A stretch of 64,000 bases of DNA from an uncultured bacterium. GTDB lineage: Bacteria; UBA8481. Location of the stretch: NCBI GenBank assembly GCA_964499705.1, contig CAZCME010000001.1, forward strand, positions 261,243-325,242. The letters are read 5' to 3'. Both the position numbers and the translations under genes were made by a program. Positions within the stretch are counted from its first letter, which is position 1. Each line of letters starts with the position of its first letter. Below are positions 47,310 through 56,728 of this stretch, in pieces. Under the pieces are notes generated by a model. It saw only the letters and a program-made list of their open reading frames with translations. It was not told where the DNA came from and did no database searches.

Positions 47310-48626
47310 ATGCAGAGTCATCTCATGATCAAGCGATCCGCTTTTCTCACCATCGTTCTTCTGCTTTCATGCTTGGTTCCCGGCCATGCGGAACGTGATC
47401 TCTCGATCGACGGGATCTACCTGAACGGTTTTTCATCGCGCGACATCAGGGTTCAACCCGGTGAACGGATCAGCGGCAGCGTTTCCGTCACGACCTCTTC
47501 TTCATCGATTTTCCGCACCCACACAGGAGTCTGGATTCCATCTTGGGACAAGTCCCGAGGAGCCATGCGCGTCTTCATGACGTCCGCGGGCGGAGCGGAA
47601 GGCGCGCAGGTCTCTCTCGACCTCTATGCCCCCACGACGCCCGGCACGCACTACATCCTCTTCTGCTTCGACCGCAAGAACGCGAATGAAATGCATACGG
47701 AAATCCTCTCCCGCTCCGACGAACAGATCTACGCGAACGGCCGGGCGATCAGAATCTTCGTGGAATATTCCGCTTACAATCCCTTCACGAACTCCGCCTC
47801 GGGCCTTTCCACCTCCAACGTCAACTTCGCCGGCGCTGTTCCGCTCGATCTCGACGGCCGGCAGATCGCCGGTTCCGCGGGCTACGGCGCGGTTCGCGAA
47901 TCCCTGTGGCGGCTCATGACGTCTTCCTCGCTCTCGTCCGATCGGGATGACGCTGTTCGCGTTCGGCTGCTCGGCGATCGACCGCAGATCGACCTGGATA
48001 TGGAGATCGTGGATCAATATGGCAGGCGACGCGGCTTGTCTGAAAAGGACGGGAGTTTCGCGGAACAGGCCGTGGTCCGGGTCCAGCCGGGGGACATCCT
48101 TTACGCGCGAGTCTACGGATTCAAGCGCGGCGAGGAGGCTCCTTTCCGCATCTTCGCCGACCGCGTCTCCGTCTTCACGTCTCGCGCCGATCCTTCCAAC
48201 GGGCGAGCCGTTCCCGTGTCGGACGGATTTTCCACGACGGACCGCGCAGGGGAGGACAACTTCAATCCGCGCTGGTATTCCATCAGCGTGATCCGCGAGG
48301 GTGTCATCGACGTGGAGCTCATGGGATCGAGTCCGGGAAGCGACATCGACCTCTGGGTCTACGATGACCTCGGTAATCTTCGCGCCACAAGCCGCGAACC
48401 AGGCTCGCGCCTGGAACGGGCTCGCGTCGAGTACGCGGAACCGGGAACCTACTATGTCAAGGCCGCAGCGCTCCGGCGATCCGACGAGAGCGACTACCGC
48501 ATCTCCTTCAGCGTGACCGGTTCGGCGATTTCGAATCCGAGCGACAAGTATTATCGCAAGGGAGTCGATCCGGAAAGGCCAGGCGTGGAGTTCGACCTGG
48601 GCGGAGTCCGAATTCGGATTCCATAG
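47310..48626 (+). CDS. Secreted protein with two PPC (pre-peptidase C-terminal)-like domains
   Basis: Signal peptide ending GHA; DLDMEIVD..G..S..E..PG..YARVYG and DIDLWVYD..G..S..E..PGTYYVK. Start may be 47325. Confidence 0.7.
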   Translation: MQSHLMIKRSAFLTIVLLLSCLVPGHAERDLSIDGIYLNGFSSRDIRVQPGERISGSVSVTTSSSSIFRTHTGVWIPSWDKSRGAMRVFMTSAGGAEGAQVSLDLYAPTTPGTHYILFCFDRKNANEMHTEILSRSDEQIYANGRAIRIFVEYSAYNPFTNSASGLSTSNVNFAGAVPLDLDGRQIAGSAGYGAVRESLWRLMTSSSLSSDRDDAVRVRLLGDRPQIDLDMEIVDQYGRRRGLSEKDGSFAEQAVVRVQPGDILYARVYGFKRGEEAPFRIFADRVSVFTSRADPSNGRAVPVSDGFSTTDRAGEDNFNPRWYSISVIREGVIDVELMGSSPGSDIDLWVYDDLGNLRATSREPGSRLERARVEYAEPGTYYVKAAALRRSDESDYRISFSVTGSAISNPSDKYYRKGVDPERPGVEFDLGGVRIRIP

Positions 48627-48665
48627 GGGACATTCTCCAACATTGCAACATTGGGGATGAAGGAG

Positions 48666-50216
48666 TTATGATTTTAATGGGCTCAAATTTCCGGACAGGA
48701 GAGGAAGTCTGGGTTCGTGCAGGAGCGGCGCGGCGTATCTTCTTCTGAGTGTGACCTGGGACAGTTTCGCGAAATGGTCCACCACATCCTGGCCGAATTT
48801 CTCGCGCACAAGGTTAAGCCAGGCTGGATTCGTGAAGTAGACCTGCCAGGCCTTGTCTCGGAACGCGAGTACTTCTCCCGCGGTGAGATGCTCCGTCGGC
48901 AGCGGAAGTTGCTCATAGGAATGCTGTGAGAAATCCTGCCACTTTCCAGGCAGCGCCCAGCCGTTCTGTTTCGCGGTCTGGAAGAGACCTGATCCCGGAT
49001 AAGCCATGCCGGAATAGAAATTCGCCATCTCGCAGTTCAGCTCCACCGCGAGATCGAGCGTATCCTGCATGGACTCGTAGGTATCGTCGGGCAGACCGAA
49101 GATGTAATTGCCGAGAACGTTGATGCCCGCGTCCTTCACATGCCGGACGGTGGTCCTGATGTCGTCCTCCTTGTAGCGGCCCTTGAGGACGCCGTCGCGG
49201 ACGTGCTTCGAACCGGACTCGATTCCGAGGCAGAGCCATCGGAATCCGGCTCGATTCAACTTGTCCAGGAATTTATCCTTCACGGTGTCGACGCGCGCAT
49301 AGGCCCAGAAGTTGAAATCGTATCCGCGCTCGATGATGAGGTCGCACAGCGTCATCACGTGCTCTTCGTTCAGGACGAACATTTCGTCGGCGATCTTGAT
49401 GTTTCGCACGCCGTACTTCGTCGCCAGAGTGTCGAGCTCCGTGATGACGAAATGCGGATCCCAGTAACGGATGGAAGGCTTGCTGAAGGGCGCGTTGATG
49501 CAGCAGAACGTGCAGCGGAAGGGACATCCGAGGCTTGTGTACAGCGACGCGTACGGCTGGCGGTCATGAATGTTCTCGAAGCAGTGCCAGTTGTGAGCCC
49601 GGTAGGCTTTCATCGGCAGGAGATCCCACGCCATGCCTGGCAGGACGGACGGCAGATCTTTTTCCGGAATAACAGCGCATTCGCCCGCGAACGCGGGGCG
49701 CCCCTGGGACCGATACCAGAGACCGGGAACCCGGGCGAGGCCTGTTTCATCCGAGAGGTCCTTCAGCTGCAAAAGCGCTTCCAGCGTCAGGGGGCCTTCG
49801 CCCTGGCAGACAAAGTCGGCTTCGCTTTCCAGAAGCGACTCCCGGGGCAGGGCGGAGACATGACCTCCGATCAGGATCGTCCTGACGGAAGGGAGATTCT
49901 TACGGAACGCCTTTGCGATCTCGATGGACATGGTCATGTTCTGCGTCGATGCGGATGGCTGCTGGCCATACACCACGATCGCGGCGACCTTGCATTTCAG
50001 TTCCTCGGCGCGAGACAGGAGCTGATCGAGCGACAGACCTTCCGCTTCCTGATCGGCGATGGCGACCTCGATGGAGCGCCGGCGGAGGAAGTTGGCCATA
50101 AGCGCGGCCCAGATCGGGGGTTCGATCGCCGCGTAATCCGTCGCCAGATCCTGGTAGATCACGCGATTATTACCCGGACTCACGATGAGCACATCGGCGC
50201 GGGAATCGTTGTTCAT
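48666..50216 (-). CDS. Cobalamin-binding radical SAM protein
   Basis: IGGHVSALP, GEG, GCPFRCTFC (CxxxCxxC), ADEMF, LGIESG, YIFGLP. Confidence 0.92.
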   Translation of the reverse strand: MNNDSRADVLIVSPGNNRVIYQDLATDYAAIEPPIWAALMANFLRRRSIEVAIADQEAEGLSLDQLLSRAEELKCKVAAIVVYGQQPSASTQNMTMSIEIAKAFRKNLPSVRTILIGGHVSALPRESLLESEADFVCQGEGPLTLEALLQLKDLSDETGLARVPGLWYRSQGRPAFAGECAVIPEKDLPSVLPGMAWDLLPMKAYRAHNWHCFENIHDRQPYASLYTSLGCPFRCTFCCINAPFSKPSIRYWDPHFVITELDTLATKYGVRNIKIADEMFVLNEEHVMTLCDLIIERGYDFNFWAYARVDTVKDKFLDKLNRAGFRWLCLGIESGSKHVRDGVLKGRYKEDDIRTTVRHVKDAGINVLGNYIFGLPDDTYESMQDTLDLAVELNCEMANFYSGMAYPGSGLFQTAKQNGWALPGKWQDFSQHSYEQLPLPTEHLTAGEVLAFRDKAWQVYFTNPAWLNLVREKFGQDVVDHFAKLSQVTLRRRYAAPLLHEPRLPLLSGNLSPLKS

Positions 50217-50298
50217 GGGGACAGTCTCTTTTCGGGCACGTTGCCGTGCGATGATCTCATGATCGACCTCTTAATGATCCGCAGCGGCGGGCCAATTG

Positions 50299-51978
50299 TC
50301 AATTTCGTTCTGAAACAGAAGTGAGCGGCGGCTCGCGATAGATGCGGACAGGGCCTGATTCCCAGAGAAGTCGTTCCGGAGCCTCCACGAGATTCTCCAG
50401 CAGGCGGGAGACACTGTGTTTTCCCATGAGGAGAACGATTCCTTCGCCCGAGCGTTTCGAATGGTAATAGGGAAGCAGCTTGTCCAGGTGAGCCCTGTCA
50501 TCGGTCCAGGCCGTTTCCAGTCCCGGTCGGACGGCCTGGCAGAGATAGGGACCGGGGTCATAGGCGACGAGGATTCGCTCGCCCGGCCGCGCGAGTGTCC
50601 GCATCACGCTCGTCAGTTCTTCCGTGTGCGCCGCCTTGGACGGGGTCGTGTATAGCCCCAGGTAAGGTCCGACGGCGACCTGGCGGGTCTGCCGGAACGT
50701 GGAGCCGTCGAAGCTGAACGTCGCCCAGTAATTCATCTTCGTGAGGGCCAGGGGTATGAGGGCCAGCGCCAGGAACGCGGGAAACCGGTCGCGGACCGTG
50801 CCGCCCACGCACGCGACAAGAAGCGGAAGGATTGTGGCGGCTGAAAAAAGGCCGAGCGCCGAATTGGTCCAGCCAGCGTCGCTGGCCATGGCGATGAGCG
50901 CGCCGGCCAGCAGCGACGGCAGGAGCGCACAGGCGAACAGGGTCCTGCGCGATTCGGCAGGCTGAAAGAGGAGCAACGCGCCGGAGAGGAACGCCAGGCC
51001 GATGATCACGTTGGAAGAAAGATCGTGAGGCATGGTGAAGAGGAAATGTCCCGCGCGCGGAAACCAGAACCACCACAGGGTGGAGACGATCATGACGGCG
51101 ATGAGGGCGTGCTTTCGACCGGGCGTTGATCGCCACCCCGCGAGAGTCGAGGCGGCGATGACGATAAGCACAGGCCATGACTGACGCCACCCGCCGATTG
51201 CGACATCGAGAACCTTGTGCAGATCGCGCGGCCGCGTGAACATGCGCTCGTAGGCGAAGGCCCGGGGAATTCCGGTGACGAGGCCGGAACCGGCGTGGAG
51301 AAGAAAGGGAATTCCGACCATGAAGAGACCCGCGAAGGACGCCTTCAGCGATGTGACCCGCGCACGCGCGTCGCCGTCGCCCCTTTGCCATGCCACGGCT
51401 CCGTGAAAAACGAGAACGGGAAGGATCATGGGAGGGTAAGCGATGATGCCCAGGCCGTGCGCGCATCCCGAGAACGTCATGACGCGCGGAGAAACGTCCG
51501 ACAGCACCCGCTGGAGACCGATGAGAGAACCGAGCGCGAAAAAGAACGCGCCCAGATTATTGTAGCCGCAGGCGGGAATGGAGAAGGGGATATAGGTCAA
51601 CGGCAGGGCGGCCGCGAGGAATGCCGCTGATTTCGAACCGTCCGGCTTTGCCAGGCGAACCAACCGGAATGCCGCCAGGGCCACGAGGCATTGCAGGAGG
51701 AAAAACAGGTGGCGGAGGAAATACACGACACCATCCGTCGAACCCCGGATGGAGAGATACAGCGCGTAGAACGGCGCGGTCAGGAGCGCGGCGGATTGCC
51801 GGAGATTGACCTCGTCGATGTAGGGCTGATCGCCCAGGGCGAATCGCTGCGCCAGCACGGCATAATACGCTTCGTCGGTGAAATTGACTCCGTAGCGCAG
51901 CCGCTCATACGCCAGCCCCGCCACCAGTCCCAGCAATACGGTGGCGCCGATCTCGCCGGCCCGAAATCGCCCCTTCAC
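50299..51978 (-). CDS. Polytopic membrane protein, GT-C-like
   Basis: NFTDEAYY after TM1, more than 10 hydrophobic segments, soluble C-domain; GTG start overlaps the GT2 stop. Confidence 0.6.
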   Translation of the reverse strand: MKGRFRAGEIGATVLLGLVAGLAYERLRYGVNFTDEAYYAVLAQRFALGDQPYIDEVNLRQSAALLTAPFYALYLSIRGSTDGVVYFLRHLFFLLQCLVALAAFRLVRLAKPDGSKSAAFLAAALPLTYIPFSIPACGYNNLGAFFFALGSLIGLQRVLSDVSPRVMTFSGCAHGLGIIAYPPMILPVLVFHGAVAWQRGDGDARARVTSLKASFAGLFMVGIPFLLHAGSGLVTGIPRAFAYERMFTRPRDLHKVLDVAIGGWRQSWPVLIVIAASTLAGWRSTPGRKHALIAVMIVSTLWWFWFPRAGHFLFTMPHDLSSNVIIGLAFLSGALLLFQPAESRRTLFACALLPSLLAGALIAMASDAGWTNSALGLFSAATILPLLVACVGGTVRDRFPAFLALALIPLALTKMNYWATFSFDGSTFRQTRQVAVGPYLGLYTTPSKAAHTEELTSVMRTLARPGERILVAYDPGPYLCQAVRPGLETAWTDDRAHLDKLLPYYHSKRSGEGIVLLMGKHSVSRLLENLVEAPERLLWESGPVRIYREPPLTSVSERN

Positions 51979-52685
51979 TTCCAATAGTAAAGCTCGCGAA
52001 AGAACTGGGTCATGTAAGCGCCACCCCAGCGGATCACCTGCAGCTTCGCCACGCCGCCGATGCGCCTGGGTTCGTCGGCGGGAATTTCGCCGATCTTCAC
52101 CTTCCGCTTGGCCGCCCGCACGGAAAGCAGCGGCTCGATTCCCATGACCGTGAACCATAACTTCTCCGGCGCGTAACTTTCGTCCTTATGAAGATCGAGC
52201 TCGTAGAAGAGATTCGTGCGGTAGGCCCGGAGCATGACCATGGCATCCGTATAATTCGCTCCGTGCAGGAGGTTGACCGTTCCCGTGAAGATGTGATTAC
52301 CGAATCCCGTAATGACTCCGTCGTCCTCGCTCCGGGCTCCGTGCAGATACCGCGATCCGATCACCATGTCATAGCCTTCCTTCATCTTCTCGATCAGCTG
52401 CGGGATCGCGCCGGGGACGGAATTGCCGTCGGGGCTGAAGGTGATGACGATATCGCTCCTGATCAACGGCCAGGCTTCGATGAAGGCGAAACGAATGCCC
52501 TTCTTCTTCTGGATATAGACTTCGTATCCCTGTTCGCGCGCGTATTCGGCCGTGCCGTCGGTCGAATTGCCGTCGACCACGAGTATCTGGTCCACCCACT
52601 CGCGCTTGATCTGGGGCATCAGGATCTTCATGCCGATGAGCTCGTTCAGAGTCGGGACGAAGAGAGTGACGGTCGGCTGCGGCAT
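51975..52685 (-). CDS. Glycosyltransferase family 2 (DPM-synthase-like)
   Basis: VPTLNE, VVDGNSTDGT, FSPDG, DMVIGSRY, R..G..K. Confidence 0.9.
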   Translation of the reverse strand: MPQPTVTLFVPTLNELIGMKILMPQIKREWVDQILVVDGNSTDGTAEYAREQGYEVYIQKKKGIRFAFIEAWPLIRSDIVITFSPDGNSVPGAIPQLIEKMKEGYDMVIGSRYLHGARSEDDGVITGFGNHIFTGTVNLLHGANYTDAMVMLRAYRTNLFYELDLHKDESYAPEKLWFTVMGIEPLLSVRAAKRKVKIGEIPADEPRRIGGVAKLQVIRWGGAYMTQFFRELYYWK

Positions 52686-52743
52686 GCGGCCACTATAAAG
52701 GATGAGTGATGAAACTGTCGCGACTTTTTGAGATAATGCAAAC

Positions 52744-53343
52744 ATGTTGCCACGCTACGTGCTCCTCGATCGCGACGGAGTCATCAACACATACCAGCCG
52801 GGACGATATGTGAACAGTCCCGGCGATCTGAAGTTCATCCGCGGTTCGCTCGCGGCGATACGGAGCCTGACCGAAAAGGGGATCGGGATCGTCGTGATAT
52901 CCAACCAGGCCGGCGTGGGCAAGGGGCTCATGCGCCGGGAAACACTGGATGATGTGACGCGCAAAATGCTGAAGACCATCGAGGAAAAGGGGGGGCGGAT
53001 CAGGGAGGTCAAGTATTGCTGTCATGAGCCGGATGCGGGATGTCGCTGTCGGAAGCCCGCACCCGGCATGATCCTCGAGGCCGCGAGAAGGCACAAGTTC
53101 AGGCCGGCGGACGTTGTCTTCATCGGGGACAGCCGGACGGATATCGAGGCCGCGGGAGCGGCGGGGTGCCCGTCGATTCTCGTGTTGTCGGGTCAGCAGA
53201 AAAATCCCGATTTCGCCGATTGGCTGGTGAAACCCGATGCGATCGAGCGAAATCTTCAGGCGGCGGTGCGGATGATTTTCGCGGGGAACTGGCGACCGCG
53301 CCGCGCCCGTTCCGGCCGCGTGCGCGCGAAACGGACGAGATGA
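52744..53343 (+). CDS. gmhB: D,D-heptose 1,7-bisphosphate phosphatase (HAD)
   Basis: LDRDGVIN, SNQAG, CCH..CRCRKPAPGM, IGDSRTD. Confidence 0.92.
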   Translation: MLPRYVLLDRDGVINTYQPGRYVNSPGDLKFIRGSLAAIRSLTEKGIGIVVISNQAGVGKGLMRRETLDDVTRKMLKTIEEKGGRIREVKYCCHEPDAGCRCRKPAPGMILEAARRHKFRPADVVFIGDSRTDIEAAGAAGCPSILVLSGQQKNPDFADWLVKPDAIERNLQAAVRMIFAGNWRPRRARSGRVRAKRTR

Positions 53344-54398
53344 CGATCGAGCTGCTCGGCGAGTACACTTCGGGTCGCATCGCCGATTGGCTCGATGCCT
53401 GCCAGGGCATGCGCGCCCGGCTCGATTCGATGCGGGGTACCGTTCTCGTGGCTCATCATGGCGATTGCGACGGCATCGTCGGCGGCGGCCTGCTCGGCCG
53501 GTATCTCGGCGACCGCGGACTAGCCGTGCGATACGCCTCCGCGGCGGAATTCCGATCCGGCGACTACCCTTATTTTCACGAGGAGTCCGGCGCCTGCGAG
53601 ACCGGCGTCTTTGTCGAGGCCCAGGGGATGCCTCCGGAATATCGCCGGTTCGACGCGAAGTTCCTGAACATCGATCATCATCCTCATCCTCCCGAGCCGA
53701 TCATTTCGAGAATGCTCAATCCACGGACCTTCGAGATCGAGCCGAATCCCGCGATCGGTTTCGTGATTTATGAGCTTCTGTCGGACGCGCTTCCTCACGG
53801 CGCGGCATGGCTTGCGGCGCTCGCGTCCATCGTCGACTATTGTCCACTTCCCGCCCGCCCGCTCGAAAGTCGCGAGGCGGCGCATCTTCTAAAAATAGAC
53901 GAGCTCCGCGACACCTTTCTCGCATCCCAGTACGTATTGCCGTTCACGACGGAACTTGCCGCGCTCATCGCGACGATGCCTTCCCCGGATCAGCTCCTGG
54001 CGGCGGAGCCTTTCCGTTCGCGGCGGATCCTGTTTGCCGGGAAGATCTCTGACGCGATGGCGAACGCGACGAATGAAGCGGGCCTGGTCGTGGCGCGGAC
54101 GCGGGCGGGTGAATTCCGGATCGCTTCACCTCTGGCGAATCGCCTGTCCGACCGGCATCCTTCAAAATGTGTTGTCGTCATTGAGGAATCCGACGATACT
54201 TCAAGGCTGTCCGTCAGACAGCGACGCGCAGGCGTCAACGTGGGACGAATCCTGGGGGAAATCGTCACACGTCTCGGCTCGGGAGACGGAACGGGACACG
54301 AAAAGGCGGGATCGGCCCGGATATCCTCCTCGCAGGTCGATGAATTCCTGCGGATTTTGGAGGAGAAGATTGAACAACACGACACTCCGGGTTCTTAG
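53340..54398 (+). CDS. DHH family phosphoesterase (with DHHA1)
   Basis: HHGDCDG, NIDHH, SIVD, LSVR, GTGHEKAG; ATGA overlap with gmhB. Confidence 0.82.
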   Translation: MTIELLGEYTSGRIADWLDACQGMRARLDSMRGTVLVAHHGDCDGIVGGGLLGRYLGDRGLAVRYASAAEFRSGDYPYFHEESGACETGVFVEAQGMPPEYRRFDAKFLNIDHHPHPPEPIISRMLNPRTFEIEPNPAIGFVIYELLSDALPHGAAWLAALASIVDYCPLPARPLESREAAHLLKIDELRDTFLASQYVLPFTTELAALIATMPSPDQLLAAEPFRSRRILFAGKISDAMANATNEAGLVVARTRAGEFRIASPLANRLSDRHPSKCVVVIEESDDTSRLSVRQRRAGVNVGRILGEIVTRLGSGDGTGHEKAGSARISSSQVDEFLRILEEKIEQHDTPGS

Positions 54399-55017
54399 AA
54401 GAGATCTCGCCGGCAAGAAAATCCACGGAAGCGAATTGAAGCGCATCGTCATCGACGGCTGCCAGCAGCTCGCCGCGGTCGACATTCACGAGGCCGTCGG
54501 CGATGAGCTCGCCATGATTCAGAACCAGGGGCTCCGCGATTTCATGTACCGGCTCCTGGAACGAATGCCCCGCTATTTCTGGCATGTCCCCGCGTCCATC
54601 ATGGGCTTTCACGACATCGGCAGCGACAACATGATGGGAGGACTGATCCGCCATTCCAAGAAAGTCGCCCGCGTCGCTCAGAGAATCGGGGAACCCTACG
54701 GACTGGATGGATATGCGGACGACTTCATCGTTACGGGACTCCTGCACGATTCCTTCAAATACGGCATCGACGGCAATATCCCCAAGGGGGAGGACCATGC
54801 GACCTTCGCCGCGCAATGGTACGAAAAGAACAATATATTCAACGATCGGCCTCACATCCGCGGAATGATCCGGACTCATCTCGGTCGATGGGGACTCGTT
54901 CCGCCGCAGAATAATCTCGATTGGGCATTTCATATCGCCGATTTCGTCGTGTCCCGCGGCGCGGCGCCCTCGTTGAAGCCCGCGAAATACAGCGTCGTTC
55001 TCCCCGCGCGAAAATAG
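54370..55017 (+). CDS. HD-domain hydrolase (YhaM/Cbf1-like HD core)
   Basis: PAS..H, GGLIRHS, LLHDSFK, H, THLG.WG, HIAD; TTG start after GGAGG. Confidence 0.75.
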   Translation: MNNTTLRVLRRDLAGKKIHGSELKRIVIDGCQQLAAVDIHEAVGDELAMIQNQGLRDFMYRLLERMPRYFWHVPASIMGFHDIGSDNMMGGLIRHSKKVARVAQRIGEPYGLDGYADDFIVTGLLHDSFKYGIDGNIPKGEDHATFAAQWYEKNNIFNDRPHIRGMIRTHLGRWGLVPPQNNLDWAFHIADFVVSRGAAPSLKPAKYSVVLPARK

Positions 55018-55041
55018 TCGCGCGGGTCGCCGCCCTGTTCT

Positions 55042-56727
55042 CTACGGCGCTCCGATCCTGACCCGGATCGTCATGCCCGCCGAGGGTACCTGCATTTCCA
55101 GGTAACCGTCCTCCGGCCGCGCCGGCGCGTTGTCGTAGCGGTACACGAGCAGGGACCGGTTCTCGAAGGATGCGATGTTGGTCTCGATGGGAAACCTCTT
55201 TTCCATCGTGAAGGGGCCGTTCCGAAGGAAGTCGCGCAACCATCTCGTGTGCGCCAGGCTGAGCCGCGGCTCCACCTCGTCCTCGATCACGATGCGCGCG
55301 ACGGCGTAACGATTCAACATCGAGGTCAGTTCCGTTTCGGTCGTGATGAGCGGGTAGGATGCGAGGGCGCCGCTTGCGGTGGTCGTCAGCATCTTGCTGC
55401 CGCGGAGCACGATGGCTTTCCGTTCTCCGGCGGCCCTTCGCATGTGAAACACGAAATTGGCGCTGTGGTAGCCGTCGAAGAGGAGTGGCCTTCCGTCGCC
55501 TTGCTCCGCGCAATAACGCGCGGCGTCATCATACCCATCGATGAACGCGATCGGTTCGCGGGCGCCTTGCACCAGGAGCATGACCAGGATGAGCGCCGCG
55601 GCGACGCGGACGACGACGCCATCCAGGCGCGCCGCCGCGATCCCGGCCAGCGCTGAGACCGCCGGCACGACGAAGGTGGCGAACCGGATCGTCTTGATGG
55701 GCAGGTAGGAAAAAGTGATGTACCAGGAGAGAACCCACAGCGCGAGAAAGACAAGAAACCGCCATTCCCGCGCGCGCTCATCTCGTCGTCGAACAAGGGA
55801 CATGATCGCGGCGAGGAGCGCGAGGGTGATGACGGCGGGATGAATCGCGACGGACAGGGAACGGGTCCATTCGAGCCAGTAATCGAGCGTGTTCATGGCA
55901 TAGCCGTAGGTTCCGGGAGTCAACTGAACGGTTCCGTAGTGACCGTGGCGGATGGTCAGGAACGCGAGCGGCGCCATGAGGACCGAGAAGAGCGCGGCGG
56001 AAAACCGGACAGACTTGTCCCGGACGAAAGCGCGCGGCCCCATGCTCAACAGGCCGTGGGCGACAAGAGGCAGCAGCAGGAAACCCGCGGGCTGCTTGGC
56101 GTGGATCGCTCCGGCCAGCGCGACCCCCCCGGCGGTCCCGCCCCCAAGGTGCGCGGCTGNNNNNNNNNNGACCGCGCCGCCCCGCGCCCCCGCCGGGGGG
56201 GGCGCGCACCAGCGGCGTCCTCGCCCGGTGAATTCCATCCAGGCCATCGCGGCCAGGCTCATGAACAGCAGCGATGGAATTTCCAGCATGGCTTCGCGCG
56301 ACCAGCGGATGACCTCGATGTTGGTCGCCAGAAACGCCGTCGCGAAGAACGCGACGCGTTCATCCATTTCCCGGCGGATGAGAGCATGGAACGCGAGGAG
56401 ATGGGCGATCGCGTAAAGAAGCACGAGGCCGCGCGCGACCGCGGCGGAATCGCCGAGAAGCAGGTGGAAGGGCACGAGCGACAGGGGGTAGAGCGGCGGA
56501 TAGATGACGAGTCCCAGGGAGGGATAACGCGCGAAATATTCGATGGCGTATTCCTTCCATCGCGAGGGGGCCGGATGGTCACGCAGAAGGTCCGTGAAGA
56601 AGATTCCGTCCATCGCGTGAACGGCGGCATCGGTGTCCGCGAAGCAATCCTCTGTCAGGCCCGGCGCGTTGAGACAGACCGAGACGGAAAGAATCAGGAG
56701 TAGCGATACGATTTCGCGCCGGCTCAT
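55042..56727 (-). CDS. ArnT/GT39-like (GT-C) membrane glycosyltransferase, spanning an assembly gap
   Basis: D after TM1, YPPLYP, WSREAMLE, KQ, many TM, RF..F.VP; N run inside. Confidence 0.72.
   Translation of the reverse strand: MSRREIVSLLLILSVSVCLNAPGLTEDCFADTDAAVHAMDGIFFTDLLRDHPAPSRWKEYAIEYFARYPSLGLVIYPPLYPLSLVPFHLLLGDSAAVARGLVLLYAIAHLLAFHALIRREMDERVAFFATAFLATNIEVIRWSREAMLEIPSLLFMSLAAMAWMEFTGRGRRWCAPPPAGARGGAVXXXXAAHLGGGTAGGVALAGAIHAKQPAGFLLLPLVAHGLLSMGPRAFVRDKSVRFSAALFSVLMAPLAFLTIRHGHYGTVQLTPGTYGYAMNTLDYWLEWTRSLSVAIHPAVITLALLAAIMSLVRRRDERAREWRFLVFLALWVLSWYITFSYLPIKTIRFATFVVPAVSALAGIAAARLDGVVVRVAAALILVMLLVQGAREPIAFIDGYDDAARYCAEQGDGRPLLFDGYHSANFVFHMRRAAGERKAIVLRGSKMLTTTASGALASYPLITTETELTSMLNRYAVARIVIEDEVEPRLSLAHTRWLRDFLRNGPFTMEKRFPIETNIASFENRSLLVYRYDNAPARPEDGYLEMQVPSAGMTIRVRIGAP
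56160..56169. other. Scaffold gap (10 N) with low-quality flanks
   Basis: N run with atypical poly-G/C stretches on both sides. Confidence 0.97.
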
Positions 56728-56728
56728 G

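Noticed and set aside
56110-56215. Odd Gly/Pro/Ala segment and G/C runs in the GT-C gene
   Set aside because: They flank the N gap and are most likely low-quality read ends, not a real insertion or phase-variable tract.
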